This document shows positions 48,843-62,230 of a stretch of 64,000 nucleotides of DNA, piece after piece. Positions within the stretch are counted from its first letter, which is position 1; every line of letters begins with the position of its first letter. Source of the stretch: Octopus sinensis (lineage: Eukaryota); assembly GCF_006345805.1 (NCBI RefSeq), contig NC_043000.1, forward strand, positions 124,496,001 through 124,560,000. Reading direction: 5' to 3'. The notes under the pieces are model-generated. The model did no database searches. It saw nothing but the letters and a program-made list of their open reading frames with translations, and was not told the DNA's origin. Both the position numbers and the translations under genes were made by a program.

Positions 48843-51800
48843 GAGAGATAGATAGAGATAGAGAGAGAGAGAGGAGAGAGAAGGGGGAATAGACAGATAG
48901 GTAACCATCCATAAAAAGGTAGTTAGATTGGTAAATAGATAGATATGTAGATCAGCAAGTAAGAAGGTAATAAGACAATGGTTTGTAATAGGCTTTGATT
49001 CAAAATTCTTCTCATAGGCACAGGAGTGGCTGTGTGGTAAGTAGCTTGCTTACCAACCACATGGTTCCAGGTTCAGTCCCACTGCATGGCACCTTGGGCA
49101 ATTGTCTTCTTCTATAACCTCAGGCCGACCAAAGCCTTGTGAGTGGATTTGGTAGACATATATACATAATGTATTTGTGTGTATATTTTTGTTCCCACCA
49201 TCCATCGCTTGATAACCGATATTGGTGTGTTTATGTACCTGTAACTTAGCGGTTCGGCAAAAGTGACTGATAGAATAAGTACTAGGCTTACAAAAACTAA
49301 GTCCTGGGGTCAATTTGTTTGATTAAAGGCGGTGCTCCAGCATGGCTGCAGTAAAATGACTGAAACCAATAAAAGAATAAATGAATAATTCAGGTAAATT
49401 GTTTATATTTTATTACCTATTATATTTATTATTAGTTTTTTTATTAGTTAACTGCTATGTTTAGCCCTGCTGTTTATTTGTTGTATTTACCAAACTGCTA
49501 AGTTACAGGGATGTAAACATACCAACATTGGTTGTCAAGCAATTGTAGTGGGGGTACACAAACACTCACAAGGCTTTGGTTGGCCTGTGGTTATAGTAGA
49601 AGACACTTGCTCAAGGTGCCACCTGGGACCATGTGGTTGGTAATGGTATTTTCAAATACTTTTGCTATCATTCAGCTCCAAATCTTTAATTCCAGTTATG
49701 ATCATCCAATCCCTCATTAAGACAGTATATCCCAGTCTATATTATCTAAAGTGACTATCTTCCTCTAATTTGCTAATGTATAATTTGAGGGAAATTTGGC
49801 TACTATTTCTTACAAGTTGACCAATCACATATACTGTCCCCTTTTGGCTCCTTTAATGCTTTGTATAAAGTGATGTAGCTTGGTATAAACCACCAACAAA
49901 CTGTGTCAATAACAGTTTTATTTTTGATTGAACCAGTTCCATCTATTTATTTCTTGATCCTGTAATTTCTAAACACAGCCAATAACTTGTAGCAGAATGG
50001 GCTGAGACCCCTTGAAGTCAGAAGCTTCAATGATGATTCCAGAATCCTGGGAAAAGAAACCTTTTCAGCTTTGAAAGAAACACAATATTAAATGAAATCT
50101 ATAAAGCTGTATTAAAGAAAATTTTATTAAATGTATGGAAAATATAAATATAGTTATTGTGAAAACGTAATTAGATATATTAATGTAACAAATGAAAATG
50201 TATAGTGACCTTTTAATGAATTTCATTAAAAAAATAATAACATTAAAATAAATATGATACTACATATCCAACAAAAAAGAATATTTTTATGTTTAATTCA
50301 GATTTCTTTGAGAAGCTTCCGATAGAACTTGTAGGATATTTTAATGTTATAAGGTGAATAAAGAAGGTTTTAAATGTGTCACAAGAGGATTAAGATAAGA
50401 AGTGAAACGTGTAAGAAAGACAGAATGGATTTTGTGAATATCATTGTTAGTGGAATATTGATTTTTCTCTGATAACTGAGACATTCTCACTTATCAGTGG
50501 AAATCGAAAATCAGATATTTTTTTCGGTTTTCTTAAATCTTTGATGAAAACTTCTTAAGCACTGACTGTGAAATGTTTCTTTCTCAGACAGCATTAAATA
50601 AATATCTTTCTGTATCTTACAACAATATCCATCTTCATATTTTTTTTTTCTTGACGTTGGAGAATATACTGAAGATTCGTTTCGGAAGCATCAGAACAAT
50701 TTAATTCACGTGTCGTCTTAAAATGGTATATAATATGAAACTTTCAAGGGAGGTTACTCCGGTAATACAGTACTAAATTGCTTACCTTTTAACACTAACG
50801 ACTTTGGTGAGGCGTATCGTCTTTAAATCATGCCAAGACTTTCTTTCATCGGCAAACCTACATTTTTTTTTTTTAATAAAGAGTGATGACATACTTCATC
50901 CGATCAACTACTCTATATTACTGGTATAAAGCGGACATATGGCAGAACCGTTAGCACTCGGGGAAAAGTTCTTAGCAGTATTTCGTCTGTCTTTATGTCC
51001 TGAGTTCAAATTCCGCTGAGGGCATTTTTGCTCTTCATCTTTTCATGGTCGATAAAAAAGATTCCTAGTTGAACACCAGGGTCGATTTAATTGACTTACC
51101 CCTTCCCTAAAATTGCTGGCCTTGGGCCAAAATTTGAAACCAGTATATTACTGGTGCTGAAAGTAATTAAAAGGGGCTTCTGACTAATGCATGTAGATAA
51201 TACAAAAGAGAAAGTGAACCTCATTGTATGAGAATTAAGGAGGAAGCCTCCTAGTTGTTCGCTTCTGTAAGCAATGGAACCCATGACATCTCACTATTTT
51301 CTCATGACATCCCACCATCTTCAATAAAGAAGGATATATTGGAAAAATGTAGTACCAAACATCCAAATGATTGGAGCATCTTTCACCATAGGTCTGATAG
51401 CTAAAAGCTAACATGATGTTACACAACTATAAACAACGTCTTAGTGGTTGAACTGAAGTTAAGATAAGATAAAAATTCTATTTTTAAAAGAAAAGAGCCA
51501 GTCATGTAGATAATATATGCTTAGAGAGAAATATTCAATAAGAATTGCATAAGAACAATAAATAGCTTCGTTTCAAATTAGTTGATCCAGTAAAGCTTCT
51601 AACAAAGATATTGGGAAGATCAATTTGAAAGAACAACACATGAGTTATTTGCTATTCTTTAACATTACAAGCAAGCCTCTATATGATCGTTAGCCCAGCT
51701 AGGAAAAGCAGCCAAATTCTCTCAAATCACACCCTCAGAAGCCTGGTAGAGTGTATGGACACAATATAGGTGATCCAGGAAGAGGGGATGAATGTATCAA

Positions 51801-53045
51801 GAGGACCAGGATGCAGGGATTGGCCACTTCTGATGAACAGAGGCCACTATAGTAGCAGTAGAAAATATGAAGTGGGGAGCTTATCTGAGGTCCAGAGGTT
51901 GGGGCATATTCGTAAATAATTTCATGGGTGGGCTTTATGGGTAGGCTTTAAAGGTCTTACCTAGATAAGAATTCAGGACCTAGTGCTTATGGAAAAATTG
52001 TATTTAGATGACTAGCAAATAGCTGCGGGAAAGGTTTGGAACTAGGAGAGAAGAGCTTGATTGAAAATATTTGAAAGTATAAAAGTTGAAGACTAACTTG
52101 TAGTTAGCTCTCCTGAGACTCAAAAGGATTATCTAAAATTAAACTCAGTATCTAGGGAGGATGTGGAAACTGAATATTATGCAGGATGTAGAGTAACCCC
52201 TTCTGTGGTGTAAGTGGTAGCATGTTGATGTTTTGTTTGTTATATGTTTGTTCCTTTACGAGCCATGCCTGGCTCATAGGGCCGGTTTCCCGGTTTCCTT
52301 GGTGTATAGGTTCTCCACCTAGACAGGTCGCCGGCCTGTCGTAGTTGAGTTGCAAGATGCAGGAGGAAAGAGTGAGAGAAAGTTGTGGTGAAAGAGTCAG
52401 CAGAAGTTCACCATTACCTTCTGCCGGAGCTGCATGGAATTTAGGTGTTTCGCTCATAAACACACATATCATCCAGTCTAAGATTTGAACCCGCGATCCC
52501 TCAACCGTGAGTCCGCTGCTCTAACCATTAGGCCATGTGCCTCCATTGAATGTTGATGTAGTAAGCAATAAATATCTGATTTGATTCTTATCTGCAGATT
52601 CATTATTGCTGTTTAGCCCAAGGTCAACTTTGATCAAATATATTTTTATTATGTACAACAGCTGTTAGATTAAGAAGCTAGACTATCACTCATCTTGAAG
52701 GATGGCTCTCAACAATTTCTTATCCATGGACCCCTTTGATTACCACTTCATTCTGGTGGACCCTCATAACATTAAATGTTTAAAAGTTAGTTTTATAGAT
52801 ACCTCTTTCAAAATTCCATTTTTTTATTTTTCACACATTAACTTGTATAGGTTGAACTATGTAAAACATCAGAGAAAGAAATTTATCTGTTTCTTACAAT
52901 AAATACATCTAGATCAAAATTTTTTTACAAACCCTTAATATACTACTGTGCATCCCCAATTTGCTATTTTGCTTGCATGGACTACTCAAAACCTTATATG
53001 GATCCTCAGGGGTCATATGGATTCTAGTTCAGAGCCACAGATCTA

Positions 53046-53613
53046 TTGGGTTGTCCGGAAAGTTTGTGCCGATTTATAGCAGCTTACCTTTTGACTTATT
53101 TTAGAAAAATGGTTGAGTCCATAAAATAGGATTTGATTATACCTCCATTTAGAGCATAGTTTAAGCTATCTTTTCGTGGAAGAAGGTTTATGTTCCTATA
53201 ACCTGTGTTGATTCTGTGAACCCTTTAAAATGGAAGATAAGAAAGTTCATTTTCAGCACCTGATGCTTTGGGAACCAGACAAAAATTGCTGCAGCTCGGC
53301 TGGGATGTGTTACCCCACCCTCCATATTCACCAGATATTGCTCCTTCCGATTTCCACTTATTCAGGTCTCTGCAGAATAGTTTTCATGGTAAAAATTCCA
53401 ATTCCTTGGATGATGTAAAAAGATACCTTGATGAATTCTTTGCTATGAAACCACCTCATTTTTGGGAAGGGGGTATTTTCAAGTTAAAGGAAAGATGGAG
53501 ATGCATTGGGCAACAAAATGGTTCATATTTGGTTGATTAAAAATGTAATGGCAAGTATTTATTGACCTTTTTCTTTCCTTTAAAAATCGGCACAAACTTT
53601 CCAGACAACCCAA
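53046..53613 (+). mobile_element. Internally deleted mariner (DD34D) element
   Basis: TIRs TTGGGTTGTCCGGAAAGTTTGTGCCGATTT and AAATCGGCACAAACTTTCCAGACAACCCAA; TA TSD on both sides; residual transposase GWDVLPHPPYSPDIAPSDFHLFRSL...GIFKLKERWRC at 53268-53540. Confidence 0.95.
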
Positions 53614-54440
53614 TAGAATATAATTTCAAACCTTTGCACTGTAGTACTAGAGCTGCTGTGTTGGGCCTTTGAACAAAGCACATAATTGCCTGCTAGAGTT
53701 TGCCTAACTGAACAAATAACAAACTCCAACCATAGGTGGGTTAGGGCTAGTAGTGGGAGGGAGTGGAGAGCATATGTCCAGTTCTAAAACTAACTGCTTC
53801 AACAAAATGGATTCAGTATTATTACAAGAAGGTGGGGGGATGGTAGAAAGAGGGCAAAGTCAGATATGAGGATTCATGGTCTGTACTTGTGTACTTTTAC
53901 ATTCCAGATGGTTGGATTTTAATTCCACTTCTAAACATGTTACTTTCTGATCCTACTGCAGAGCACAGGGTGACATCAAACTTCAGCCATTGCTGTCTAC
54001 CAAGGAGATTGCTTGTTAAGGGTTCAGAGTTTGGGTTATGCTGGAGAGCAACTTTATGCCAATTATATAGGTGGGTTTTGAATGCATTATATAGAGAAGA
54101 ATTCAGGACTGGGTGCCTATGGAAGATTGTATGTACAGGCAACAAATGAAAAGCTGTCTACTGAGTCTGTTTACAATAATTTGGGATTAGAATTTGGTTG
54201 ATGAAAACTTTGTGGAAGCCAGTCATATACTGTTCTTTAGTTTATATTACCCAGCATAGCCAAGGCTATCTTGGAGCCCCCCATTTTGTATGTATGTATG
54301 TATGTATGTATGTATGTATGTATGTATGTATGTATGTATGTATGTATGTATGTGTGTGTGTGTGTGTGTGTGTATGTACGTCTGTGTGTGTGTATGTTTG
54401 TATGTATGTATGTATGTATGTATGTATGTATGCATGTATG

Positions 54441-54553
54441 TCATTATTCAGTTTATTTCAAGATTTCTTGCCAATAGAGAAAGAACTGGTTTCTAACCTA
54501 GATTCAAGGTTCCTTCATTGGAATTTCATCATCAACAACGGTATTTTTGTATG

Positions 54554-54587
<34 letters not shown>

Positions 54588-54644
54588 TGTATGTATGTAT
54601 GTATGTGCAGATTTTTGTTTTATGTATATATTCTCATGCATATG
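54441..54644 (-). mobile_element. 3'-end-only copy of the RLE (R4/Dong-like) family
   Basis: Matches 41300-41545 (terminal module, internal (TACA)n, TGCAGATTT...TTCTCATGCATA). The element 3' end abuts (TATG)n. Confidence 0.8.
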
Positions 54645-57293
54645 TCGTGATCGTTGCCAGAGTGGCTAACTGGCTTCCATGTCGGTGGCATGTAAAACGC
54701 ATCATTTGAGTGTGATCATTACCAGTGTCGCCTTACTGGCACCTGTGCCAATGGCATGTGTAAAAAGATTCGAGCGAGGTTGTTGCCAGTACTGCCTGAC
54801 AGGCCCCGTGTCGGTGGCACCCACTACACTCTCGGAGTGGTTGGCGTTAGGAAGGGCATCCAGCTGTAGAAACTCTACCAGATCAAGATTGGAGCCTGGT
54901 GCAGCCATCTGGTTCACCAGCCCTCAGTCAAATCATCCAACCCATGCTAGCATGGAAAGCGGACGTTAAACGATGATGATGACGATGATGAATGATGATG
55001 TATGTGTGTGCTTTTACATATGTATTTATGTGTGTGTGTGTGTGTTCAGCCTTTGCTGCTGTATATCAGTACAGGATGTAAACATTACTGTTGTACTCTT
55101 TAAAATAATCCAAACAAAATCTCTTGCAATCTTTGTTCTGTACTGAATTACAAGATACTCTCTTGTGATTCTTGCTTCCAGCAGAATCCTTAGCACACCA
55201 GACAAAATGCTTACTGGTATTTCGTCTGCCGTTACGTTATGAGTTCAAATTCCACCAAGGTCAACTTTGCATTTCATCCTTTCGGGGTCGATAAATTAAG
55301 TACCAGTTACGCACCGGGGTCGATGTAATCGACTTAATTCCTTTGTCTGTCCTTGTTTGTCCCCTCTATGTTTAGCCCCTTGTGAGCAATAAAGAAATAA
55401 GAAATAAGAAATGGTGTGAATTAGTAACTAAACCGTTAAAAACTGAAAACAGATGACATTATTGGTCTCCAGTTGTGATGTAAAATAACTAAGCAAATCA
55501 GATATATTAGTAGCAGTGAAACAGTGGTTTTGATTCAGAGCCAGATTTAGAATTGATGATGGCCTGAACTACTTGAAACTGCAAGCTTGGAGGTCCCGTG
55601 TTCGGAAAAAGAAACCAAGAAAATCTCAACCCTCTCCCCCAAAACAAAATACACACATCTTTTAATTATTTTGAGGGCTCCTATAGATTGTAAGGCCCTA
55701 AAATGAAACCCATGTAGCTTATATCCTAATTTAGTACTGGTCTGATCTGATTGACTATATCCCTTCCTGGAAAATATGTGGCCTCGAGCCAAAACTAGAA
55801 ATCAATGTTATATAAGAAGTTCAATGAATGGGCAAGTATTGCGTATGTAAGTGAAGATGAACGACAACTTTGAAAAGATCTATTTAATGTTATTTAGATA
55901 AAAAAAGCTGATTGTGTTGTTTTTTTTTTGCATATCTCTTTAGCATGACTCAACTATTGAATGCAGACAGTTCCAGCTGTTGTCTCCATTTAAGCTTATT
56001 TTATCTACACAAGGAGATTATGTTAACATATACAAATAATTTAAAGTTATAAACACAGTCTAAATATACAGCGGTAATATAACTAGATATCAAAATAAGA
56101 TACATATGTCGTTTTATTATTCTTTGTCTTAAATCTTTTATTGCTTCCAGCCACTGAAGCTACAACCATAATGGGACAGCGCTAGAGAAACATTTGTTTG
56201 AACAAAATCTCTGAATGTAATTTTTGAGAATGCTTTTATTCTGTGGAGATTTATGAAAACAACAACAACAAAAAAGCAAAAACAAAAACAAAACAAACAC
56301 AAAAACAAAAAAATAAAAAAAAGAAATAAAAAATAAAAATCAACCCCCCCCCCCGTAAAACAAACAAAAAAGCAATCCATCGAGGTTCTTGCATATCTAC
56401 CATTTTATTTGTTCCAGTCAATGGAATGTGGCCACACTGGGGCACAACCTTGAAGAGTTTAGTTGAAGAAATCAACTTCAGTATGTGTTTTTTTTTTCAA
56501 AGTCTGGTACATATTCTATTGGTCTCTTTTGCTGAACCACTGAGTTATAGAGATGTAAACAAACCAACACCAGTTGTAGTGGTGGAGAAACAAACACAAC
56601 ATAAATATTAAGTCACATGCACACCGAGACCTTTGGAGATATGCTGTGCTTGAGAAGACCCGACAAGCCAAGTGAGTCCATAGCCCGTGGCCTATCCTAG
56701 TGGGTGTAACCAGCCTACTTATGAACACCACTCATTCATTAGACAATAAACTTTGCTTGTGAAGACCTATTGAAGCAAGTGAAATCAAAATTGCTGACAT
56801 GGCCGATGACAGTACCACCTGATTGGCACTTGTGTCAGTGGAATGTTAAAAACACATCCGAATGTGATCAATACAAAGGCCACGGACTGGCTCCCGTGCT
56901 GGTGGCATGTAAAAAGCACCATTCGAGCTTGATTGCAGCCAGCGTTGCTTTATCAGCACATGTGCTGGTGGCATGTGTAAAACAACATTCAACCATGGTC
57001 TGCTGCCGGATTGGCTCCCATGCAGGTAGCACGTAAAAAACACCTTTTGAGCATGGTCGTTGCCAGAACTGCCTGACCGACCCTCGTGCCGGTGGCACAT
57101 AAAAGCGCCCACTACACTCTCAGAGTGGTTGGCGTTAGGAAGGGCATTAAGCTGTAGAAACTTTGCAAGATCAGATTGAACCTGGTGCAGCCTTCTGGCT
57201 TACCAGTCCTCAGTCAAACTGTCCAATCCATGCAAGCATGGAAAGCAGATTTGTATTTATAAAGTTAAATATATATACATATATATATCCTTA

Positions 57294-57327
<34 letters not shown>

Positions 57328-57584
57328 GTTAATCCAAACATGAACAAACAAGAAAAAACAACAATGTGAGGACGTGGAACAAGTACAGTGTTATTGGATG
57401 CTTAAGTAAGGAAAGAAAAGGAAGAGGATTTCATGTTTCAAGTGGAGCTCTTCATCAGAAATATAGAAAAAGTCCCAAAAAGGGAAGACGGAGGAAGAAA
57501 ATCGCCAACGATACACATGCAGTCACATATTGAAATATACACACACACACACACCCACACACACACACACATATATATACACAC

Positions 57585-57679
<95 letters not shown>

Positions 57680-58790
57680 TTGTATGGCTATGTGGTAAGT
57701 AGCTTGCTTACCAACCACATGGTTCCGGGTTCAGTCCCACTGTGTGGCACCTTGGGTAAGTGTCTTCCACTATAGCTTCGGGCCGATCAAAGCCTTGTGA
57801 GTAGATTTGATAGACAGAAACTGAAAGAAGCCTGTCGCATGTGTGTGTGTGTGTGTGTATGTGTGTGTGTGTGTATGTGTATATATATATATGTGTGTGT
57901 GTGTGTGTATGTATATATATATATACAACTTTATAAATACAAGGGTAAGAACTATTAAACAATTTATACCTGTGGTTAGCATGCATAATAAGAGTCAGAA
58001 GACACAAATATTTTTAGACATAATAGTGTATAAATATACATGGAGAGAAAACCACCATGTGAATTTCTTACATGCTAAAAATGGCAGTCAAAGCCCCCAA
58101 AATCACGAGAAAACATTCTTACATTAAAGCATGTTGTTTGTACATGAGCAAGACATTTGAGTGAATAAAAATTTCAGTTACCCTTATAGTCATGAGTTTC
58201 ACCATTGGTTGGCCTGGTGCAACAGTAGAAGACACCTGCCTGAGGTGCTGCATAGTGGGACTGAACCTATAACCACATGGTCACAAAGTGAGCTTCTTAA
58301 CCATACAGCCATGCCTCAGTGTCAGACATAGAATTTCTCTGGGGTTCACATGTTCTGAATCATGAACTCAAGTTATTTTAACAATGAATGATTTTATAAG
58401 ATGAAGTCAATATAGAAACATTTCCTTTGTTATTAACCAATCATCGTTTAGCATTTAATTGAGCTGTTGTACATGTTAATAAATAATTATTCATTATTAA
58501 TTAATGTATTAACGTTGGTGTTAAGTATGATTATTAATTAACACATTCAAATTAGAGTACTGGGATATGTTTATTAAAATTAACATTTAAAAAATTATTT
58601 AGTTCTTTTTATTTTAATATATATAGGAGTGGCTGTATGGTAAGTAGCTTGCTTACCAACTACATGGTTCTGGGTTCAGTCCCACTGCATGGCACCTTGG
58701 GCAAGTGTCTTCTACTTTAGCTGTGGGCCAACCAAAGCCTTGTGAGTGGATTTGGTAGACGGAAACTGAAAGAAGCCCGTTGCATATATG

Positions 58791-58833
<43 letters not shown>

Positions 58834-59570
58834 GTGTGTGTATATGTTTGTGTGTGTGTGTTTGTCCCCCAACATTGCTTGACAACCGATGATGGTGTGT
58901 TTATGTCCCTGTAACTTAGCAGTTCAGCAAGAGAGACCGATAGTATAAGTACTAGGCTTACAAAGAATAAGTCCTGGGGTTGATTTGCTTGACTAAAGGT
59001 GGTGCTCCAGCATGGCCACAGTCAAATGACTGAAACAAATAAAAGAGTGAAGAGTATATATAACAGGGGTACCAAACATACTTCTCATGGGCCAGGTCCA
59101 GCCTGCAGCAATGCCTGGTTAAACAGCCACAATTTTTTTGCATAAAAAAATATTACTTTTTAATTTTAAAATATTCTGCAAAAAATTCATACCACTAGCA
59201 TGCAATTGTGGAGGTGCATTGGCCCAGTGGTTAGAGCAGTGGACTCACAGTTGGAGGATCACGGTTTCAATTCCTAGACCAGGTATTGTGTGTGTTTATG
59301 GAGCGAAAACACCTAAAGCTCCACGAGGCTCTGGCAGGGGGTGGTGGCGACCCCTGTTGTACTCTTTCGTCCCAGCTTTCTCTCACTCTTTCTTTCTATT
59401 TCTTGAGTAATGTTGCGATGGACTAGCATCCCATCCAGCTGGGGGGAAACACATGCATCATAGAAACCGGGAAACTGGGCCCATGAACCTGCTAGGCTTG
59501 AAAAGGGCGCATAAATAATAAATAAAATAGCAGGCAATTACAATTAGAGTTTGATGACAGTTGTGATTAA

Positions 59571-60018
59571 CCCTTTAGCAATCAGATTATTCTGTGAAAA
59601 ATAATGCTTATTTATTCTCATTGTTTTAAATTAGTCATGCATGATCTTGTAACCACGAGATTTTGATGACGTAACTGTTAATTTTTAGAATAAATATTTC
59701 TACTCTAGGCACAAGGCCTTGAAGATTTTTTTTGTGGGACAAGTTGATTACATTGACCCCAGTGTGTAACTGGTACTTATTTCTTCAACCCTGAAAGGAT
59801 GAAAGGTAAAGTTGATCCTGGCGGAATCTGAACTCAGAACATAACGGCAGATGAAATACTGCTAAGCATTTCACCCGGTATGCTAACGATTCTGCCAGCT
59901 CACCGCCTTGTTAATTTTTAGAATAATATTTGGTTTAGGTGGCCAGATCTGGTCAGTTTAAACATAAAAAAAAGGAATAATATTTTGGCCAGATATAGCC
60001 GGTTTAAATGCTAAAGGG
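59571..60018. mobile_element. piggyBac-type MITE with a nested SINE B
   Basis: TTAA|CCCTTTAGCA ... TGCTAAAGGG|TTAA. SINE at about 59700-59908 is flanked by the duplicated TGTTAATTTTTAGAATAA. A related copy at about 36895-37305 is interrupted by a CR1 3' end. Confidence 0.85.
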
Positions 60019-60326
60019 TTAATATTAGTTTTAATTAGTTAAATCAAGTCTCATTAAGGAGCCTTTTGTTAATTCAGTCAGCTTAGAGTGTTGTACAATC
60101 AACAGTCATTCATGATTGAGTATGGCCTAGTAACATGTACCATATTTTTACCAATTATTTTTAGGTGCAGGCATGGCTGTGTGCTAAGAAGCTTGCTTCT
60201 CAACCACATGGTTCCAGGTTCAGTCCTACTGTGTGGCACATTGGGCAAGTGTCTTCTACTATATAGCCTTGGGATGACCAAAGCCTTGTGAATAGATTTG
60301 GTAGATGGAAACTGAAAGAAGCCCGT

Positions 60327-60371
<45 letters not shown>

Positions 60372-60609
60372 TTGTGTGTCCGTATTTGTCCCCCTACCAT
60401 TGCTTGACAACTGTTGTTGGTGTGTTTACGTCCCCATAACTTAGTAGTTTGGCAAAAGACACCGATAGAATAAGTATTAGGCTTACAAAGAATGAGTTCT
60501 GGGCTCAGTTTGTTCGACTAAAGGTGGCGCTGTAGCATGGCCACAGTCAAATGACTGAAATAAGTAAAAGAATAAGTAATACAGTTCTATATTTAAGAGA
60601 TGAGAAATT

Positions 60610-60755
60610 ATGTACATTATTTACATTGTTTACATTTGACAGATATTTGTCCTTATCTTGTTTGTTGTTAACACAACTTTGTGGCTGATATACCCTCCAG
60701 CTTTTATCAGGTGTCTGGGGGGAAATTTTGGACCTGGGTTCTCATTCCTAAGGTA

Positions 60756-60846
<91 letters not shown>

Positions 60847-61072
60847 CATCATCATCATCATCCCCAAGATTCTGAATTCGATTTCAGGCAGTGACCTGAA
60901 TAATAATAATAATAATAATAATAACAACAACATTGAAAAATATCTTAGGAATGAGAACCCAGGTTCGAAATTTCATCAAGACATCTGATGAAGGCTGGAG
61001 GGTATATCAGCCAAAACGTGTTAACAACAAACAAGATGAGGACAAATATCCATCAATTGTAAATAATATAAA
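60610..61072. mobile_element. Inverted-repeat (Penelope pLTR-like) element with a microsatellite spacer and degenerate hammerhead motifs
   Basis: Arms about 60610-60750 and 60933-61072; (ATT)n/(CAT)n/(AAT)n spacer; GACAT-CTGATGA-A-GGCTG...CAGCC-AAAAC-GT at 60980-61025. Confidence 0.7.
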
Positions 61073-61094
61073 TAAAGAATCATCATCATCATCA

Positions 61095-61284
61095 TTTAAC
61101 GTCCGCTTTCCATGCTAGCATGGGTTGGACGGTTCAACTGGGGTCTGGGGAGCCCGAAGGCTGCACCAGGCCAGTCAGATCTGGCAGTGTTTCTACAGAT
61201 CTGACTGGCCTGGTGCAGCCTTCGGGCTCCCCAGACCCCAGTTGAACCGTCCAACCCATGCTAGCATGGAAAGCGGACGTTAAA
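61095..61284. repeat. Perfect fold-back of a family C element end (89-bp arms, 12-nt loop)
   Basis: Arms 61095-61183 and 61196-61284; loop GCAGTGTTTCTA. Confidence 0.95.
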
Positions 61285-61391
61285 GAATAAGAAGAATAAA
61301 AGAATTCTTTTGTCATGAAGGTAGGGTGGGGTTAGGAGTGGATTTGACTGCTATTCGGGCAACCACCTTGAAGCTCCCTCATTAGCTTGAG

Positions 61392-61716
61392 CTCCCACGA
61401 AAATAGTTATCAGTTGGTGAACGTATGTAGCTTAGTGTTTAGAGCATTCAGTTCACAATCATAAGGTCTTGAGTTCAGTTCCTGGTGACACATTGAGCCC
61501 TTGAGCAAGACACTTCATTCCACCTTGCTCCAGTCCACTCAGCTGTAATTCAAAGGGCCAGCTTTGACATATTCTTAGTCTCCCTGATAACTACATTAAT
61601 GGTAGATGTGTCTGTGGAGTGCTCAGCCACTTGCCCATTAAATTTCAGGAGCAGGCTGTTCTGTTGATCGGATCAACTGGAACCCTCGTCATCGTAACCG
61701 ATGGGGTTCCAGTTTA
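61392..61716 (+). mobile_element. Older tRNA-derived SINE (family E, CORE/Meta-like domain)
   Basis: TAGCTTAGTGTTTAGAGCA...GAGTTCAGTTCCTGG head, then CCTTGAGCAAGACACTT...CCACTCAGCTG. Confidence 0.55.
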
Positions 61717-62230
61717 GTTATCAGACGAGAGAGAGAGAGGGGAAGGAGAGAGACAGAGAGGGGGAAGAGAGAGAGACAGAGAGAGGGGGAAGAGATAGAC
61801 AGACAGAGAGAGGGGGAAGAGAGAGGGAGAGAGAGGGAGAGAGAGGGAGAGAGAGGGAGAAGGGAAGAGACAGAGAGAGGGGGAGAGAGAGGGTGAAGAG
61901 AGAGAGATACAGAGAGAAGGAAAAAGAGGGGAAGGGAGAGAGAAGGGAAGAGACAGAGAGGGGAGAGAGGGGGAGAGAGGGGAAAAGAGAGACATAGAAA
62001 GGGAGAAGAGAGAAATATATAGAGGGAAGAGAGAGAGAGTGGGGGAAAAAGAGAGAAACAGAGAAAGAGAGAGCAGGTGAGAGAGGGAAAGAGAGAGAGA
62101 GAGAGAAAAAGAGAAATAGAGAGAGAGAAAAAGACAGATAGATAAAGAGGGAGAGAGGGGAAGAGAGAGAGAAGAGAAAGAGAGAGAGGAGAGAGAAGGG
62201 AAAAGAGAGAAATAGAGAGAGACAGAGAGA
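61716..62230. repeat. About 510-bp polypurine (GA-rich) tract
   Basis: Directly visible; almost pyrimidine-free on the + strand. Confidence 0.95.

Noticed and set aside
55545-55670. Plus-strand peptide IDDGLNYLKLQAWRSRVRKKKPRK
   Set aside because: Weak acceptor, no partner exon, no recognised homology.
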